NCBI GenBank assembly: GCA_024679065.1
Contig: JAGIQG010000022.1
Location: forward strand, 32,922,001 to 32,986,000
Direction: 5' to 3'
Origin: Sphyrna mokarran
Taxonomy: Eukaryota
Length of the DNA: 64,000 nucleotides
The notes under the pieces are model-generated. The model saw nothing but the letters and a program-made list of their open reading frames with translations, was not told where the DNA came from and did no database searches. A program made the translations under genes and the position numbers. Positions 1-13,104 of the stretch are shown here, piece after piece (the stretch's first letter is position 1; every line of letters starts with the position of its first letter).

Positions 1-468
1 GTTTGTATTGTGCAGGAATTAAATTAATTAATCATTGCTCAGAGCTCTCCAGGGCAGAAATGTGCTAGGGCAAAATGTGGATCCATGCTTTTCTATTTTG
101 ACTAGGCAGTCCAGATTTGCATCATTCAATTTAAGATTTTTCCACAAGGCATGTCATTGGCTTCTTCAAGAAGATGGGCTTCCTTACAACTTTCAAACCC
201 AGCAATTTTGTTTGATTTGAATCTGTGTATCTGCACTTTGAGTCTGCAGTAGTTTAGCAGCTAACTAACCTGTTTTCTGACCTGTGGACAGTGTAAGCAG
301 AGCCTGCTAACTTCTAACTCGAATTAACTTGTCTTAAGACTGCTGGCACTAAGATAACTGGCCAAGGAAGTTCTGTGTACAACAACCTATATTTACAGAA
401 CAACCCAGACTGCTTCACAGGAGCACAATATAGCAGGGTTAGCCAGTGTGTCACACATGGAGATACTA

Positions 469-1440
469 GGTAAAAAGAGATGGGTTTTAGGAGTGTGTTA
501 AAGGAAGGGGAATTGGAGATCTGGAGGTTGAGTGAGGGGGGGAAGAAGCGGAATTCCATAGGGCCTGAGCAACTGAAGGTTTGAGGAACAATTCAACATG
601 GGGGTGCTCAGTAGACCAGAATTCATTGCGTACAGTTATTTCAGAGAGTTGGGAGGTTGAAAGAGAATAATAAATAGAGAAGGTGGAGAAATGGAAGGAT
701 TTGAAAACAAAGATGCTTTATTAAAATGAGGAGTTGTTTAGCTGATAGCCAAAGTAGGTCAGCAACTGTGAGGGTGAGAGATGCACGGGACTTGCTGTGA
801 CTTAGAAAACAGGCTGCAGAATCTTGAATGGCAACAAGTTTACAGAAAATAGAATGTGGGTGGGCCAGCCAAGTGTGTGTTGGAATAGTCAAACCTTGAG
901 GTAACAAAGGAAAGTTTGAGCAGCAGATGGGCTGGAGGCAGTGGTGGAGGTAGGTGTTATTATAGGGGTGGAAATGAATGATCTTGGTGATAGTACAGAG
1001 TTGTGTTTGGAAGCTTCTCAGTTAAAAATGATGCCAATGGTAAACAGGCTGGTCAGTCTCAGTTACCTGAAAGAGCAGTGGAGCGAGTAGCTGAATTGAA
1101 TTTGTAGCTGGGACTAAAGACGATTGCACTTCAGCCTTCAGTGTTTAATTGGAGAAGATTTCTGCTTATCCAGTACCAGATTTTGAACTGGCATTCTGAT
1201 AATTTAACAATAGTGGAGGACTTGAAAAAGAGTTGCTGGCAGTGAGGTAGAGCTGGGAATCATCAGCTTATATGAAAACCCACCCTGTTTTTCTGGATGA
1301 GGGGCAACACATAAATGAAAAATAGGAAGGGGCCAAGGATAGATAGTTTGGGGACTCCAGAGGTAGCGCTGCGGAAGAAATACCGTTGATGGAAATTCTT
1401 TGGTTATGATTGAAAAGATGAGAATGGAACCAGGAATACA
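469..1440 (-). mobile_element. Decayed L2-clade LINE fragment (RT C-terminal region)
   Basis: Reverse complement of about 881-910 encodes FVTSRFDYSN, a typical L2 ORF2 motif; similar to the L2 copies at 4310 and 49512. Confidence 0.8.
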
Positions 1441-2740
1441 AGAGGAGACAGGGGAGGGGGCTTTAAGTAGAGAAAAAAGGACCAGGAGTTAGCTCTGTAT
1501 TCCGGGATGACCCTGGAGCAGTGAGCACTTTTAACAGATGAGAGAGAAGGGCCCGATAGTCAGATCGGGTGGTGAATGACTAAGCCATTTCTATCCGTTC
1601 CAGTATGCACTGCTTAGACTTAAGGAAACAGAGGTGAGTGCCGGGATAGGAGAGATCAGTTGTTTTAATAAGTTCTATAGTATTAAAGATGAAGATGAGG
1701 GTGATGTCAAATATGCATTCACGAGTTACATAGTTTGGTGCTGTCACTTAAGTTTTCAGCTAAATGTAATGGTGAATGTAAGAAAGTTTTACATGGCTGA
1801 ATTCTAGTGTTTGTTGTTAGGATTCTGGAGAAATATTTTGTTTGTATTCTTCCCAGTTCTGAAAAAACGTCCAGCATCGCAATTTTCAAATGGTATTCTT
1901 CTAAGTTTGGGAAAAGCATTCTGACCATATAATAATATCGATGGTGCAGCCTGTCACAAAGGGTGCTAAGTTAAAGCTATCGCACAACTTTTAAGACTGT
2001 CGGCTATGGTGCCTACCCTGTTCTGAACTTGAATGTATCAAATCTTTGGGCTTGAACCTGTTATTCTAATTAGAATTTCTGTGGTGGGCATGTCCCTCCT
2101 ACTCTGGCCACCTCACACCACAATCCTTCTCCAGTTTACAAATAGGGTTGTGCTATATTCAAGATATACTCTAATTTTGAATAAATGTGGTTCTACTCTG
2201 TCCTAGAGAGCTGACTCAGCTCTGATCATAGCAGAGCATTTCCCATTGTATCAGCATGGTGACCAGCTGTCCCATTTCCATTTGTGCCAAGTAAGCCTAT
2301 GAAACTGGGTTCATTGATGTGTTCAGAACAAATCTGTCAGGTGTACTGGGGGTATGTTGTAGTTTAGATTGTGACACTGAAGTCACAGAAACCCCAAAAT
2401 ATTAAATTGTGATTTTTGTTTATTGTTTGGGGTGGAGGGGATGTGGGGAGTGATGCATGGAGGAGGTATTCCAGAGAACTTGTTGGTTATGCTGGCCTTG
2501 ATATAAGTGCTTTTTCATTCTTTCAGTCTGGAATACATTTTAGTCTGCAGATGAAGCAGGAATTCTGGCAAGGGGCAATCTGACTTTCTGTTTATTTCAT
2601 ATGATCCCCACACTGGGCTCCAGGAAGCAAAGGCACCCTTCTGTTTATTCATTGGTCATTAACCAGTGGATCATACACTAATCCTGGTTTCACGCTGAAT
2701 TAACAGATGCAGTGATTTAGTTATACATACTTCCTCTCTG

Positions 2741-3045
2741 GGTGCAGTAGCATTGTGCTTATGTAACTGGACTAGTAATCCAGAGGCCAAAACTAATAAT
2801 TTGGAGATATTAGTTCAAATTTCAGCACCACAACTGGGGAATTTAAATTCCATTAATTATATCAATCTGGAATTAAAAATTTGACACCAGCAAATGATGA
2901 CCATGAAAACCCCCGTTTGTTATAAAATCCATCTGGGGTTCACTATCTTTTAAGGAAGGAAATCTGTTGTCCTTATGTGGCCAGGCCTGTATGTGACCTC
3001 AGACTACAGTCCAAAGTGGTGACTCTCAACTGTCTTTTGAAATCG
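2741..3045 (+). mobile_element. Shark tRNA-derived SINE (GGACTAGTAATCCAGAGG type)
   Basis: tRNA-like head with GTTCAAAT B-box-like motif; body AAGGAAGGAAATCTG...GACTCTCAACTG; a second, inverted copy lies near 20975-21195. Confidence 0.7.
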
Positions 3046-3437
3046 GGTAACAGTTTGTTAGTGCATCACTTCTAACATAAAATCTCCAAGGTGTTCTAAA
3101 ATCCTGCCATTTCTTCTGTAAAATTGTAATTGCATGCTTGAAAGCAATGACTTTGAATGAAACAACTTTAACTGAATCATGGATTCCCATAGGAGTCAGT
3201 GTTAAAGTTGGAGTTAGTTCTTTGGGTATTTTATGCCTGGGAAAGAAAATGTACAAGTTAAAGTACTGTACTGTACATGTGCAGTACTTCCTCGCTGGAA
3301 GTATTTGCAAAATAAAGCTCAGAATATAATAAAAATATTGTACCAATTCCAAATAGATAGCACTAAACCCAAACAAGCCCCAAGTGGAATAGCTTCTGTG
3401 TCTCATCCACAGCTCAACTAATTTGTTTCCTTTCATT

Positions 3438-3489
3438 TCTCTCTCTCTCTCTCCCCCTCTTTCTCCGCCCCCCCCCCCCCCCCCCCCCC
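3438..3489. repeat. (CT)n tract followed by a C22 homopolymer (3468-3489)
   Basis: Read directly from the sequence. Confidence 0.95.
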
Positions 3490-3554
3490 AACCCTCAACA
3501 TCTTTACATTTTACTCTCTCTTTCCCCTGCTAGACTAATACCCGGAATGGTAGG

Positions 3555-3988
3555 TTGGAGAGATTACATTTGTATTCATTAGAGATTAAAGGAGTAAAAG
3601 GCGATTTGATTGAAACATTTAAGATCCTGAGGGGTGTTGACAGGGTGGATGTGGAGAGGGTGTTTCCTCTTGTGGGAGAATCTAGAACTAGGGGTGACTT
3701 AAAAATAAGTCACTGGGTCTTAACTGGGTCTCCCCAGTTAAGACAGAAATTAGGTGACTTTTTTCCTGAGGGTCTTGAGTCTCTGAAACTTCTTCAAAGG
3801 ATAGTGGAAGCAGAGTCTTTGAATATTTTTTAAGGCAGAGCTAGATAGATCCTTGATTAACAAGGAGATGAAAGTTTACCTGGGATAGCCAGGAATGTGG
3901 TTTTGAAGTTACATTCTGATCAGTGAGGATCTTATCAAACAGTGGAGCAGATTTGAGGAGCTAAGTGGCCTACTCCTGCTCTTAATTT
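3555..3988 (+). mobile_element. CR1-clade LINE 3' end
   Basis: ORF 3555-3833 GDLIETFKILRGVDRVDVERVFPLVGESRTRG; CR1 tail GGCCTACTCCTGCTC. Confidence 0.9.
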
Positions 3989-4309
3989 GCAACCCCATCA
4001 GCAGCATTCCATCTCAAGCCACCGTGGCACTTTTCTGAGTGGCAGTGACTATCCTGGCCAGGCCTGTGGGTCATGCTCTCTGCCCTGTGATTCTGCTTCT
4101 GGATCTCACTCCTCATCTCTTCCTGCAGCCTTAGCCTCATGATAGTAATGGCAGCTCTAGTATCAGAACATGCTGACAGTTGAGTCAGAATGCAAACATT
4201 GTAAAAATGGAAATGGTCATCAATTTGGCAAAACGGGTCCTAAAGAATAAACATATCAAAATAAAACAATGTTAAGTAGATCAACTTCTTGTTAATTAAA
4301 CATAATATT

Positions 4310-5030
4310 AATTAAGGCTGATGACCAAAAGCTTGGTCAGAGGTTGATTTGAAAGAGCATCCTAAAGAGTGAAGGAGAGGTGGAGAGATGGACAGGTTTA
4401 GGGAAGGAATTCCAGAATGTAAAGACATGGTCATCTATGGTGAAGTGATTAAAACTGGCGATGTTCATTAAACCAGAATTAGAGGAATGCAGATAGCTCT
4501 GAGGATTAAAGTGTTGAAGAGATTAAAAAGATAGGAAGGCCATGGATGCATTTGAACTCATGGGTAAGAATTTGAAAATTGAGGCTTTTCTTATCCAGGC
4601 GTAGTGTAGGACAGCAAGGTTTGGAAGCAGGTAAGGACTTGAGCAACAATCCTCTGGCCTCAAATTTACAGAAGATAGGTCATGGGAGGCCAATAAGGAG
4701 TGCGATAGAATGATAAAGTCTTAAAGTACCAAAAACATGGATGAAAGTTTGAGTTGAAAGAAAGTGGAATTGTTAAAGTACGTTATTAATTGATTGCTTG
4801 GATATGTGATTAGAAGCTCAGCCAGGGTCAATATGTTGTTGGGATTGTGAGTGAGTCTAGTTCAGCTTCTCACTGTTATAGGGAAGGAGTCAATGGCCAG
4901 GCTGTGAAGTTTATTGGAGAGAAGATGATTATTTTAATCTGCTCAATATTTGATCAGAGGAGATTTCTGCTCACTCTCGGTATCAGATAAGCAACCTCTT
5001 GATTTGCACAGTGAAGGAGATGAGCTATCA
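4310..5030 (-). mobile_element. Decayed L2-clade LINE fragment
   Basis: ATGACCAAAAGCTTGGTCAG...AGGGAAGGAATTCCAGA matches the inverted L2 3' region; colinear with 469-1440. Confidence 0.75.
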
Positions 5031-5084
5031 GACTGCTGTGGAAAATTTGGGATAGACGAAAGGGCAACAGGCACGTAAAAAGCA

Positions 5085-5277
5085 CACCAAACTCAGTCAG
5101 CCCTGCAGAGTCCTCCAAGCAAACATTTGGGGTCTTGTGTTAAAATAGGAGGGCAATCACACCAATTCATACGTAGCACCCTGATATACTCTCAGGACAT
5201 CCTTGATTCCTCTATTACCATTCCTGGATAGACCCACCAACATTGGCAGCACTGTTGTATACAGTCGAGAAGGAGTA
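5085..5277 (+). mobile_element. Endonuclease (APE) fragment of an abundant shark CR1/L2-group LINE
   Basis: CCCTGCAGAGTCCTCC...ACATTTGGGGTCTTGTG...ATTACCATTCCTGG; homologous to the inverted segment at 20280-20590. Confidence 0.55.
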
Positions 5278-6576
5278 AAATGGTTAGTGTAGAATACCCC
5301 TTCTGTCTCATCATCAGGCCGAATATTCTGGAAACTGAATGTTTCAGATTCTAGTCTCAGTATAGGCTCACTATGCGATGGATTGACAGGCTAATCTGCT
5401 ATTCCTACTGTACTTGTGGCTTTGAGCTAATCCTGTAGCTAACAACGGGTAATTCGTGCAGTATAATTGACCCATTGGAAACACCAAAATCTTCCTTGAG
5501 TGGTGCTTTCACTTGGTTCTGAGGGAGAATCTAGTTTGGTGACTGACTCTGAAAGTGACTGCACAATCCCTGTGCACACTAGGTTGATTCAGTCATTTAA
5601 AGAGATTTGGAGGTAGCTGAATCGAGACTGTGTATTGCACTTATGCATTGGCCTAGTTCTTCTTGTTCTCACTCTTGCAACACTTTAGATGAAAAGGTTT
5701 TAATCAGATTTGTGATTCTTATCAGTGCTGGCATTGAACAATGACCTTGCAGACTTTGAAATGAAATAGTGTTTCCTTTTATGTACATTAAGGCTTATTC
5801 TGATTTCTCAAGCTATTTTAATAAGCGGGTGCTCAGATGTAGTGCTTGAAGCAAGTATTGGAGCCCAAGGCCATGTCATAAAGCTGGGCTGTGCTGCAGA
5901 AGGCAGTTAATTATGAAATTGGCTGGAATGTGTAGGATGGCTGCATATTTGTCAGATAGATCAAACGTGCATAAGACATAACTGATGTGTTGAACAGCTA
6001 TGTTACTGTCCTGGCCTGAGGCAGTAAACAGTTCAGCATACTGCTGACTTTTTGTCTTTTCATAAGATGTGGTTTGAGTCTCGAGCCTTTTTTTATTTTT
6101 TCTCCCTCTCGCTTTCCTTCAAATAGCAAGGATTCCAGTCTAGAACTTGAAGAAAGTTAGTGTGTAAACAGTAGAAACACTTCTTAGTTTGATCTATTCA
6201 GAAGAAAAACATATCATTCTTTAGAATGAATTTTTGTGTTCCCTCGTATTGTTTTAGTTATTTTGATGTTTTCTCATGATTATACTTATTAAAGGGATGA
6301 GCACCATAAAATATCAGATTCTCTGCCTCAGAATGAAGAACTCCATCAGATTCACAGCAGCAGTTTTTGCAGAGCAGTAGGTAATAAAAAAAAGGCTATT
6401 TGAATTTTCTAACCTTTCAGAAGATGTTGACTCTTGGTGGTGTTGGTTCCATTGCTCCCATTCATTCCCTGTCCAACTTGATCGAGTGACCATTCTTCAT
6501 ATGTGAACCTAACACCTCAGTTGATCATGTATAGGGCTGATTCTCTGTCTACCCAATAGGGACAGTAAGTAGTTTC

Positions 6577-6650
6577 TCAACACCAGGTTAAAAGTCAACA
6601 GGTTTATTTGGTAGCATGAGTTTTTGGAGCACTGCTGCTTCATTACCCCG
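6577..6650 (-). mobile_element. Penelope-like terminal fragment with decayed minimal hammerhead
   Basis: CAACACCAGGTTAAA...GGTTTATTTGGTAGCA shared with 13701-13775; minus strand reads TAATGA-A-GCAGC-AGT-GCTCC-AAAA-ACTC. Confidence 0.65.
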
Positions 6651-8349
6651 AATAGGGGGTAGCCTGATGTCCTTGATCCCAAGCTTGGGAATGTCATAGT
6701 AAGTTGTCGTATGCCGTAGCTGAGATTGGCTATGTTGTCATTGACTCAATCAAAACTGTGACCTTGCTGTCCTTTAGTGCTCTGCATCTTCAATTAGTTA
6801 TCATCTGAGCCAGTAGGTGAGCCCTCTTAATGTGGCTTTCTGTATTTGTATGTTAGCCAAGTGCCAAAATTGTTAGTCCTAATAGGAAAAAAGTGAGACT
6901 GATATCACATATACAGTGCTGCCTTACTTTCTCTCATGTTTAGTTCGTATTTTTTAAATGAGCAATGAAGTCTTGAATTTTAGAAACAATTTTAAACAAA
7001 TTCATTAAGGCAGTTCTTTTCAGTTCTCACTCTAGCGATGGAGTGTTGTGATCAGAGTAACGGTGTACTTGTACCACAGGAGCACCGTGGAGGAGCTGCA
7101 TTGGTTTCTGACCCATTAATGGAATGATTTTCTCTGAATATAAGCATGTCATGGAATGGGGATATGCAGAGATGGTAGCCTTGTTAAAATAAACAAGCCA
7201 CCCTCATTGGTGATGAATGTTGTAGGTACCATTTCAGGAAACTATCTTACCATAAGATCAATCATTGCACTTTATTGTTATCCCACCTATGCAGGCAAAC
7301 TTTTTTTATGCCACTCCTGGTTTGAATGGGAAAATGCAGCTATCGTTATAGCTTTGCACTTTAAATGCAAAGTTTCCAATGCTGTCAAATTTCTATTTTA
7401 TGAAATCATATTTGGTAATGCAAGCTGTCAAGTATACTACAGAAATAATTAAACAATATAAATGGAACATTAAAAACTGACTCACCTCTTCATTCACCAT
7501 TTCTAGTGCATCAGTTTCAAACCTTTTTAGCCATGTATTGTACTTATTGTGGCTTTCCATGCCTTTGAATTATGCTACATATATTGAAAAGGGTTTTTGA
7601 AAGACAGTGTGTTTGCTACCTCACTCCATGTGTATACACTGTCTTGCTGTGTCTCAGTTCATCAGCAATCAGATCTTAAAATACACACGCACTCGCCAAA
7701 AGAAGACTGCTCATTGGGATCTGAACCAACAAGGGCTTAGGTGTATGTTTTATGATCATTATTAGATTCTAAGTATAAATTGTACACGGCTAATAAATTC
7801 TACCTATTCATGCTAAATGTGAACAACTGAATTGTTGCATTGTGCAATTGCCACAATGTCGTCTTACTTAAGTGGCTTTACACTTAAGTTTACCTCATGA
7901 ATGAAATTTTACAGAAAATTTAAATCTGCTAGTTCAAAATAGAGATTTCCTTTTATAGTTAATATCAAATCTACGTAGGAAGAACTGTATTTAATATTTC
8001 TTGGAATACAATGACTACCTAACCAGAGCAACTCCCTGGGGAAGAATGTCACCTATAACTGCACTTGTTGAGGAAGAGAGTAATGTTGCATTTTTGGCCT
8101 CTACATAGAAGTTGATGACTTTAAAAACAGAAACAATCCAGTATCATTTCCTTCAGCGGATATTGTGTTTTCCTCTTAAAATGAAAACCTTTTTAAGAGG
8201 GTGAAGTATGGCAGCATTGTGTGATGATATGTCTTTGTTTGTAATTCACACAGCAATTACTTGAAATAGGATGTAATCATCAGAAAATTCATAAATCAAA
8301 ATTTAGGTGTTAGTTGCAATACTAATTAAAAATCCAGACTGCAAGCGTT

Positions 8350-8681
8350 GTGTTATGAAAGGTCTGGGTGGCGTATAGAGGGAAACTTTCAATTGTGAAT
8401 GACAAGACACTGACTTAAAATAATTGGCCAAAGAAGCAAAAGCGATATGAGAAAAATCATTCACACAGCGAGGATTTAGGGTGTGGAATAGACTGAGATG
8501 TAGTGGAGGCAGTTCAATTGAGGCATTCAAAAGGGAATTAAACTATTATTTGAAAAGAAAGAACTTAGCATGCTGAGGGGAGAAGACAGGAAAATGACTG
8601 TGAAGTGCTCGTTCGGAAAGCCAGTGCAGGCACAACTGACCAAATGGCCACTGCCTTCACTAACAATTCTCTGATTCTGTG
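8350..8681 (+). mobile_element. CR1-clade LINE 3' end
   Basis: GAGGCATTCAAAAGGGAATTA...CAAATGGCC...ATTCTCTGATTCTGTG tail; similar to 37760-38002. Confidence 0.75.
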
Positions 8682-9552
8682 CTATGTACACTGACATGCT
8701 GGAGCTTTCTACGGTTGGTTGAAAAATGAGTGGTACAGACTGAGTTCAGCAAAGATCAAATCAGTGAAATAGACTTGATGTGATAGTTAAAAATGCAGTG
8801 TGTCTCAATTAAAACTGTGTCTGGACTGGCTTAGCCATATATACACTGCAGGTGTTCAGGATCATGCACTGTCTGGTCTTATTTAACCCCTTTGGCTATC
8901 GTGTATCTTAAGGAGGGTGATGGGCTTGATGCAAGTCAGAACCATCTCACAGCGGGAATATTGCAATGTCTCATCTCTCCGCTCAGTCAGTATCAGACTG
9001 ATTGATTGTTAAATTGGTGGATTTGAATTTTGAAGCCTTTATACCCAGCAGCTATGACCCAGCTTTCCACTGTACTGTCAAGGGTGGACAGATGGTGTCC
9101 TTTCTCTTTTGTAGTCAGAAAGTGTTTGGGGCAGAGTTTTCACTCTTCAGTTCTGCAGGCTGCTGCACCCTGCTTAGATAGTGGATATGCTCCACAGGTG
9201 GTCAGGTTGAAGCTAAAGGCTCGCCATTCTTACTGAAACAGCCTGTAGGTTGAACTTGTCTTGCAAAGGAACAAAAGCAAATAGAGGAAAGTTGTTTGAC
9301 GTATTCCCAAAGGAAGTGATGTGACCAAACCTCTTGTGCACAGGTATCCAAGCACTTTTTTAAGATACCAATGTGTAATTTTCAGCAGAATTGCTCTGTT
9401 CAAATTGACTGGAGGAGTTAAATTGTTAGGAATGCATATATTCTGCATTTTTGCCCATGTTGTGAAAAGATTCCTTGACAAAGGGTTTATTGATTAAAGA
9501 TCAACTTGCCCAGAGGGAGCGTGAGACTTAAAAGGTGGGAGGTTAAAAATTG

Positions 9553-9828
9553 AAGTTTATTTATTAGTCACAAGTAGGCTTATATTAACACTGCATTGAA
9601 GTTACTGTGAAAATCCCACAGTCGCCATACTCTGTCACCTGTTGGGGTACACTGAGAGAGAATTTGGCATGGCCAGTTCACCTAACCTGCCCATCTTTGG
9701 ACAGTGGGAGGAAACCCAGGCAGATACGGGGAGAATGTGCAAACTCCACACAGACAGTGACCCAAGCCGGGACTCGAACCCAGGTCCCTGGTGCTTTGAG
9801 GCAGCAGTGTTAACCACAGTGACGCCCC
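9553..9828 (-). mobile_element. V-SINE (HE1-like head and V domain, alternative tail)
   Basis: Minus strand has a tRNA head with GGTTCGAGTCC B box, V domain GTGGAGTTTGCACATTCTCCCCG, and tail TTTTCACAGTAACTTC...AGCCTACTTGTGAC-TAATAAATAAAC. Confidence 0.9.
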
Positions 9829-10097
9829 GGTTGTCAGTAGATAAAGTAAATGCTATCCTGTGCAGGTATACAGTCATTCTGACTACTAGGCATCCAGTAA
9901 CTGTAAGAAGTGCTCATCATCTTTACCTACTGCCCAATAGCAGAAAAGGAGAGGGCTGAACACTTTGCATTTCATAATTGCTGGATTATGGATAAAGAGG
10001 AAAGAGTTAGTAAAGAAGCAATGGGAAAAGTTCCAGAACTTAAGAACAATCAGTGCCTCTAACAGCACGTGCTCAATTTTCAAAATAATAAAACTCA

Positions 10098-10490
10098 AGT
10101 GTCTGACTCAGCCATATGGAACAGAGAGTCACAGATTCCGTTCCTGGTTCCCAAGCTGAATTAGCTGATCTCACTCAGGATGTTAAAAATGTTGACAGCG
10201 CAGTCCTGTTCTCAGAGAAGAAAACAACTCATCAATCAGCGTTACTGTTCTAGATCACTATCCAGTGTGACTGGGAGTTTTCAGTCTTGCTGGAAGTGCA
10301 TATGTTAAGGTAAATATCTATCTTCAAGCGAATGCAACCTCCATCTTACTTTGATTTGGGCAGTGGAACAATCAACTACATTTGTTTTTTGGACTCACTT
10401 GAAAAAGATATGAGAGCGCAGTCAGCATCCAGTAAATTGTACTCCAGCAAGAAGCACATCATTGGGAGAAGATGAAAAAAAGGAAAATGG
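10098..10490 (+). mobile_element. AmnSINE2-like ancient SINE
   Basis: GCTGAATTAGCTGATCTCA, GATCACTATCCAGTG, TGCTGGAAGTGCA and ATTGTACTCCAGCAAG blocks in the recalled consensus order. Confidence 0.55.
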
Positions 10491-12960
10491 ACACTAAGGA
10501 GTGATTAGCAGACAGCAAACTAATTGGAGTCTGGGTCACAGAGCAACATTTGAGCAGCAAACAGTGATCACCTGAGCTTGGCTATTGAATTACTGCTGTC
10601 TCTTTCATTAACGTTGATTTTACCTGGAGGGAATTTTTAGACTTGTATCAGCAGCTGTCGGTGTTGACATCTATTGTCCATCTACTTGGTGTCACTGACC
10701 CAAGGGGATCAGTGATTGTGACAAAATTACTATTGATACTTGACGTTTGCCAGCTGATAGCTACAGTACTTCTATAACATAAACATCTAATCTTTGGAGC
10801 CATGCAAATATGGTCTTCAGAGGTTCTCTGATCTACAATACAGGGTGATTGTTTTGCTTTGAGGAATTGTCTGAAGATGGTGATGAATAAAACTTCAGTA
10901 GTGTTTGGGTTGTTTCAGTCGATTAAAAACTGTTGGTTCTAAAGAAAAATGCCCAACAGTAAAGAAGTGCGAGGTGCTACCCTGCACCTGTGCAGTTCCA
11001 AATCTATTTATTGTGGGTACAAGAATTTAATTGTCCCCTGTTGCACTGGAGTACATTGAAAGCTTGCATCTTCTGTGCTTGTGGGACTCTCACATAATTG
11101 CAGTCTGAAGACTTGTTGGATGGAGGTCCAGAGTTTGTCTGCTTTGTGCCAGTAACTTTTTTGGGAAGAGGAGTATCCTTGCCTTGTGGCAAAGTTGCAT
11201 GGAGGTAGCACCAGAGATGGCATGGGTTGGGTAGACATACAGCTGCACATGCCCAAGTTTTGGAGGAGGAGGAATGGCAGTTCCTTAAAGAGATTCTGCA
11301 TCAAAGTAAATAGAATCTGAAACTAAAACTTCAAAAGTAAACGTGATTAAAAGGATTGATAATGCACCCAGTATTTGTGGTGCCCATCAAGTACAGAAGA
11401 TCTTAATATGTGCTGCCTTTCCAGGGACACTTGGCAAACAAAACTACTGAAGAGGGATAGATCCGCATGTACATGTGTGTGCTGTCTGTGCATGGGACGG
11501 AGGGCTTAGATGTGGATTGAGAGTGGGCATGGCATGTACTAGGATTGAGAAGGGATACTGAAGCTGGGATAGTGTGCATGTATAGGAGCTTGTGCACATG
11601 CATGTGTGTTTGCTTTCAGCACGTGAGCCAGTCCTTTTAGACTGAACTGCCTGCCTGATTATGATCATTCCTTGATGTGAATGGAGCTGACAACTTTCTT
11701 TCATTCTCTCAGAGGCTGGTATGAGCCTTTAACCTCGGAGCAGAATGATAGATAATGTGTGTGCACATTTCTTTATTTTCTGTTTGAATATACATTTCAT
11801 GGATAACTTCAGGGAGTCAAAATAAGTGTCACTGGAAGTGGTGTAGATCTTGCTGAACAATATCCCTGCACCCTGTGGCAGGGAGCTGGTTAGCCATTTC
11901 TGTGGTTAATCAGCAATGTGAACAATTGCAGTCGGGGTTGGAGAATCAGATATCTCTACTTGTTTATGTTTGTATTGCTGCAACAAAGCACTTATCAGTT
12001 CTATTGAAAGGGATAGAAGTTACCAGTCTGCTGAGCACAGGATTGAAACAGGGCTGAGAGAGGCTGCATGCTTCAGCTGGGATCTGCAAGGCATTGATGT
12101 GGTAGTTTAGATGCAGCCCACAAGTTTGTAGCTCCAGTAATTATTGAAAAATAAATACCTCCCAAACCTTAGACTGCTGATAGATATTAACTGTATGTCC
12201 CAGACAAGCTCTCGTGTTCTTTGGTGCTGAGTAAACGCAGAAAATTGGGGCAGAGCGGCATGCTGTCTTTCAGGACAGCTTGTGAAACTTCTGATTGTAG
12301 CAACAACGGGTTATCTTGAGCTAGGTTCAAGGACCAATATGTTTCAACTGAAAAGATGTTACATTTTGGCCCTGGTGGCTTATTTAAAGTCTTGAATCTA
12401 TTGTAATATGGTTTTTGGGCTCTTGTTAAACTTCAGAATTTCTTTTGCCATCAGGTGGTCCTTTCAGACACTTTTCTTTCCCATGTGTACAGAATTTTAC
12501 TTCCACCTCATTCACCGAGTCCTTAGGTTCTTCTGTGTGCTCAAAATATGAAGAGTGACACAGAGGAGAGTAAGCCAGTGAGAGGGAGAATAAGTCAAAT
12601 TGCAAGCTCCTTTCACCATTCAGTCAGTTAAGGGCAAGGTGCAAGTGAGCAACAAGGAGGCAACTAGACTCAGTTCCTGATGTCCTGTTTGACGGCTCAT
12701 GGTGTATTTCAATTAGATCTACAGGGAGGGAGATCTACAGGTTAAGAGCAAGGGGAGAATTAACCTGTGACTCCCAAATCTGTGCTCTTCTTTCCCAGAA
12801 TTTCTTGTTTGAATATCTCCAATCAGGTTTCCAACCCTGCTACAGTGCCAAAACTATGTGACGATCACAAATGCCGTTCTGACTAACTATGACAAAGATA
12901 AATTGTTGCTTTTTGTCCTTCTTGATATGCCTGTAACCATTGACACGTTTCACCTCTTAA

Positions 12961-13000
12961 TTTTTAGCATGGCCAATCAACCTAACCCGCACATTTTTGG
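12961..13000 (-). mobile_element. 40-nt V-SINE fragment
   Basis: Reverse complement matches 13251-13290 at 35 of 40 positions. Confidence 0.8.
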
Positions 13001-13104
13001 TCAGATTAATAAACTGACCAGCCCGTAGTGATTCAATGTCCTTTTGCCATTTCTTGAGAAAAGTTGTCAACATTCGCCACTCTCCAATTCTCTGGTACTC
13101 TTTA

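Noticed and set aside
7245-7500. Minus-strand ATG|GTAAGA (7251-7253) and ATGGTGAATGAAGAG|GTGAGT (7486-7500) first-exon look-alikes
   Set aside because: Opposite to the inferred transcription direction and without a supporting motif cluster; they show that such units arise by chance
9607-9959. Overlapping ORFs (GRMCKLHTDS / SLSVWSLHILPVSAWVSS types)
   Set aside because: Translations of SINE sequence, not genes; the same applies at 13044, 30856 and 56321
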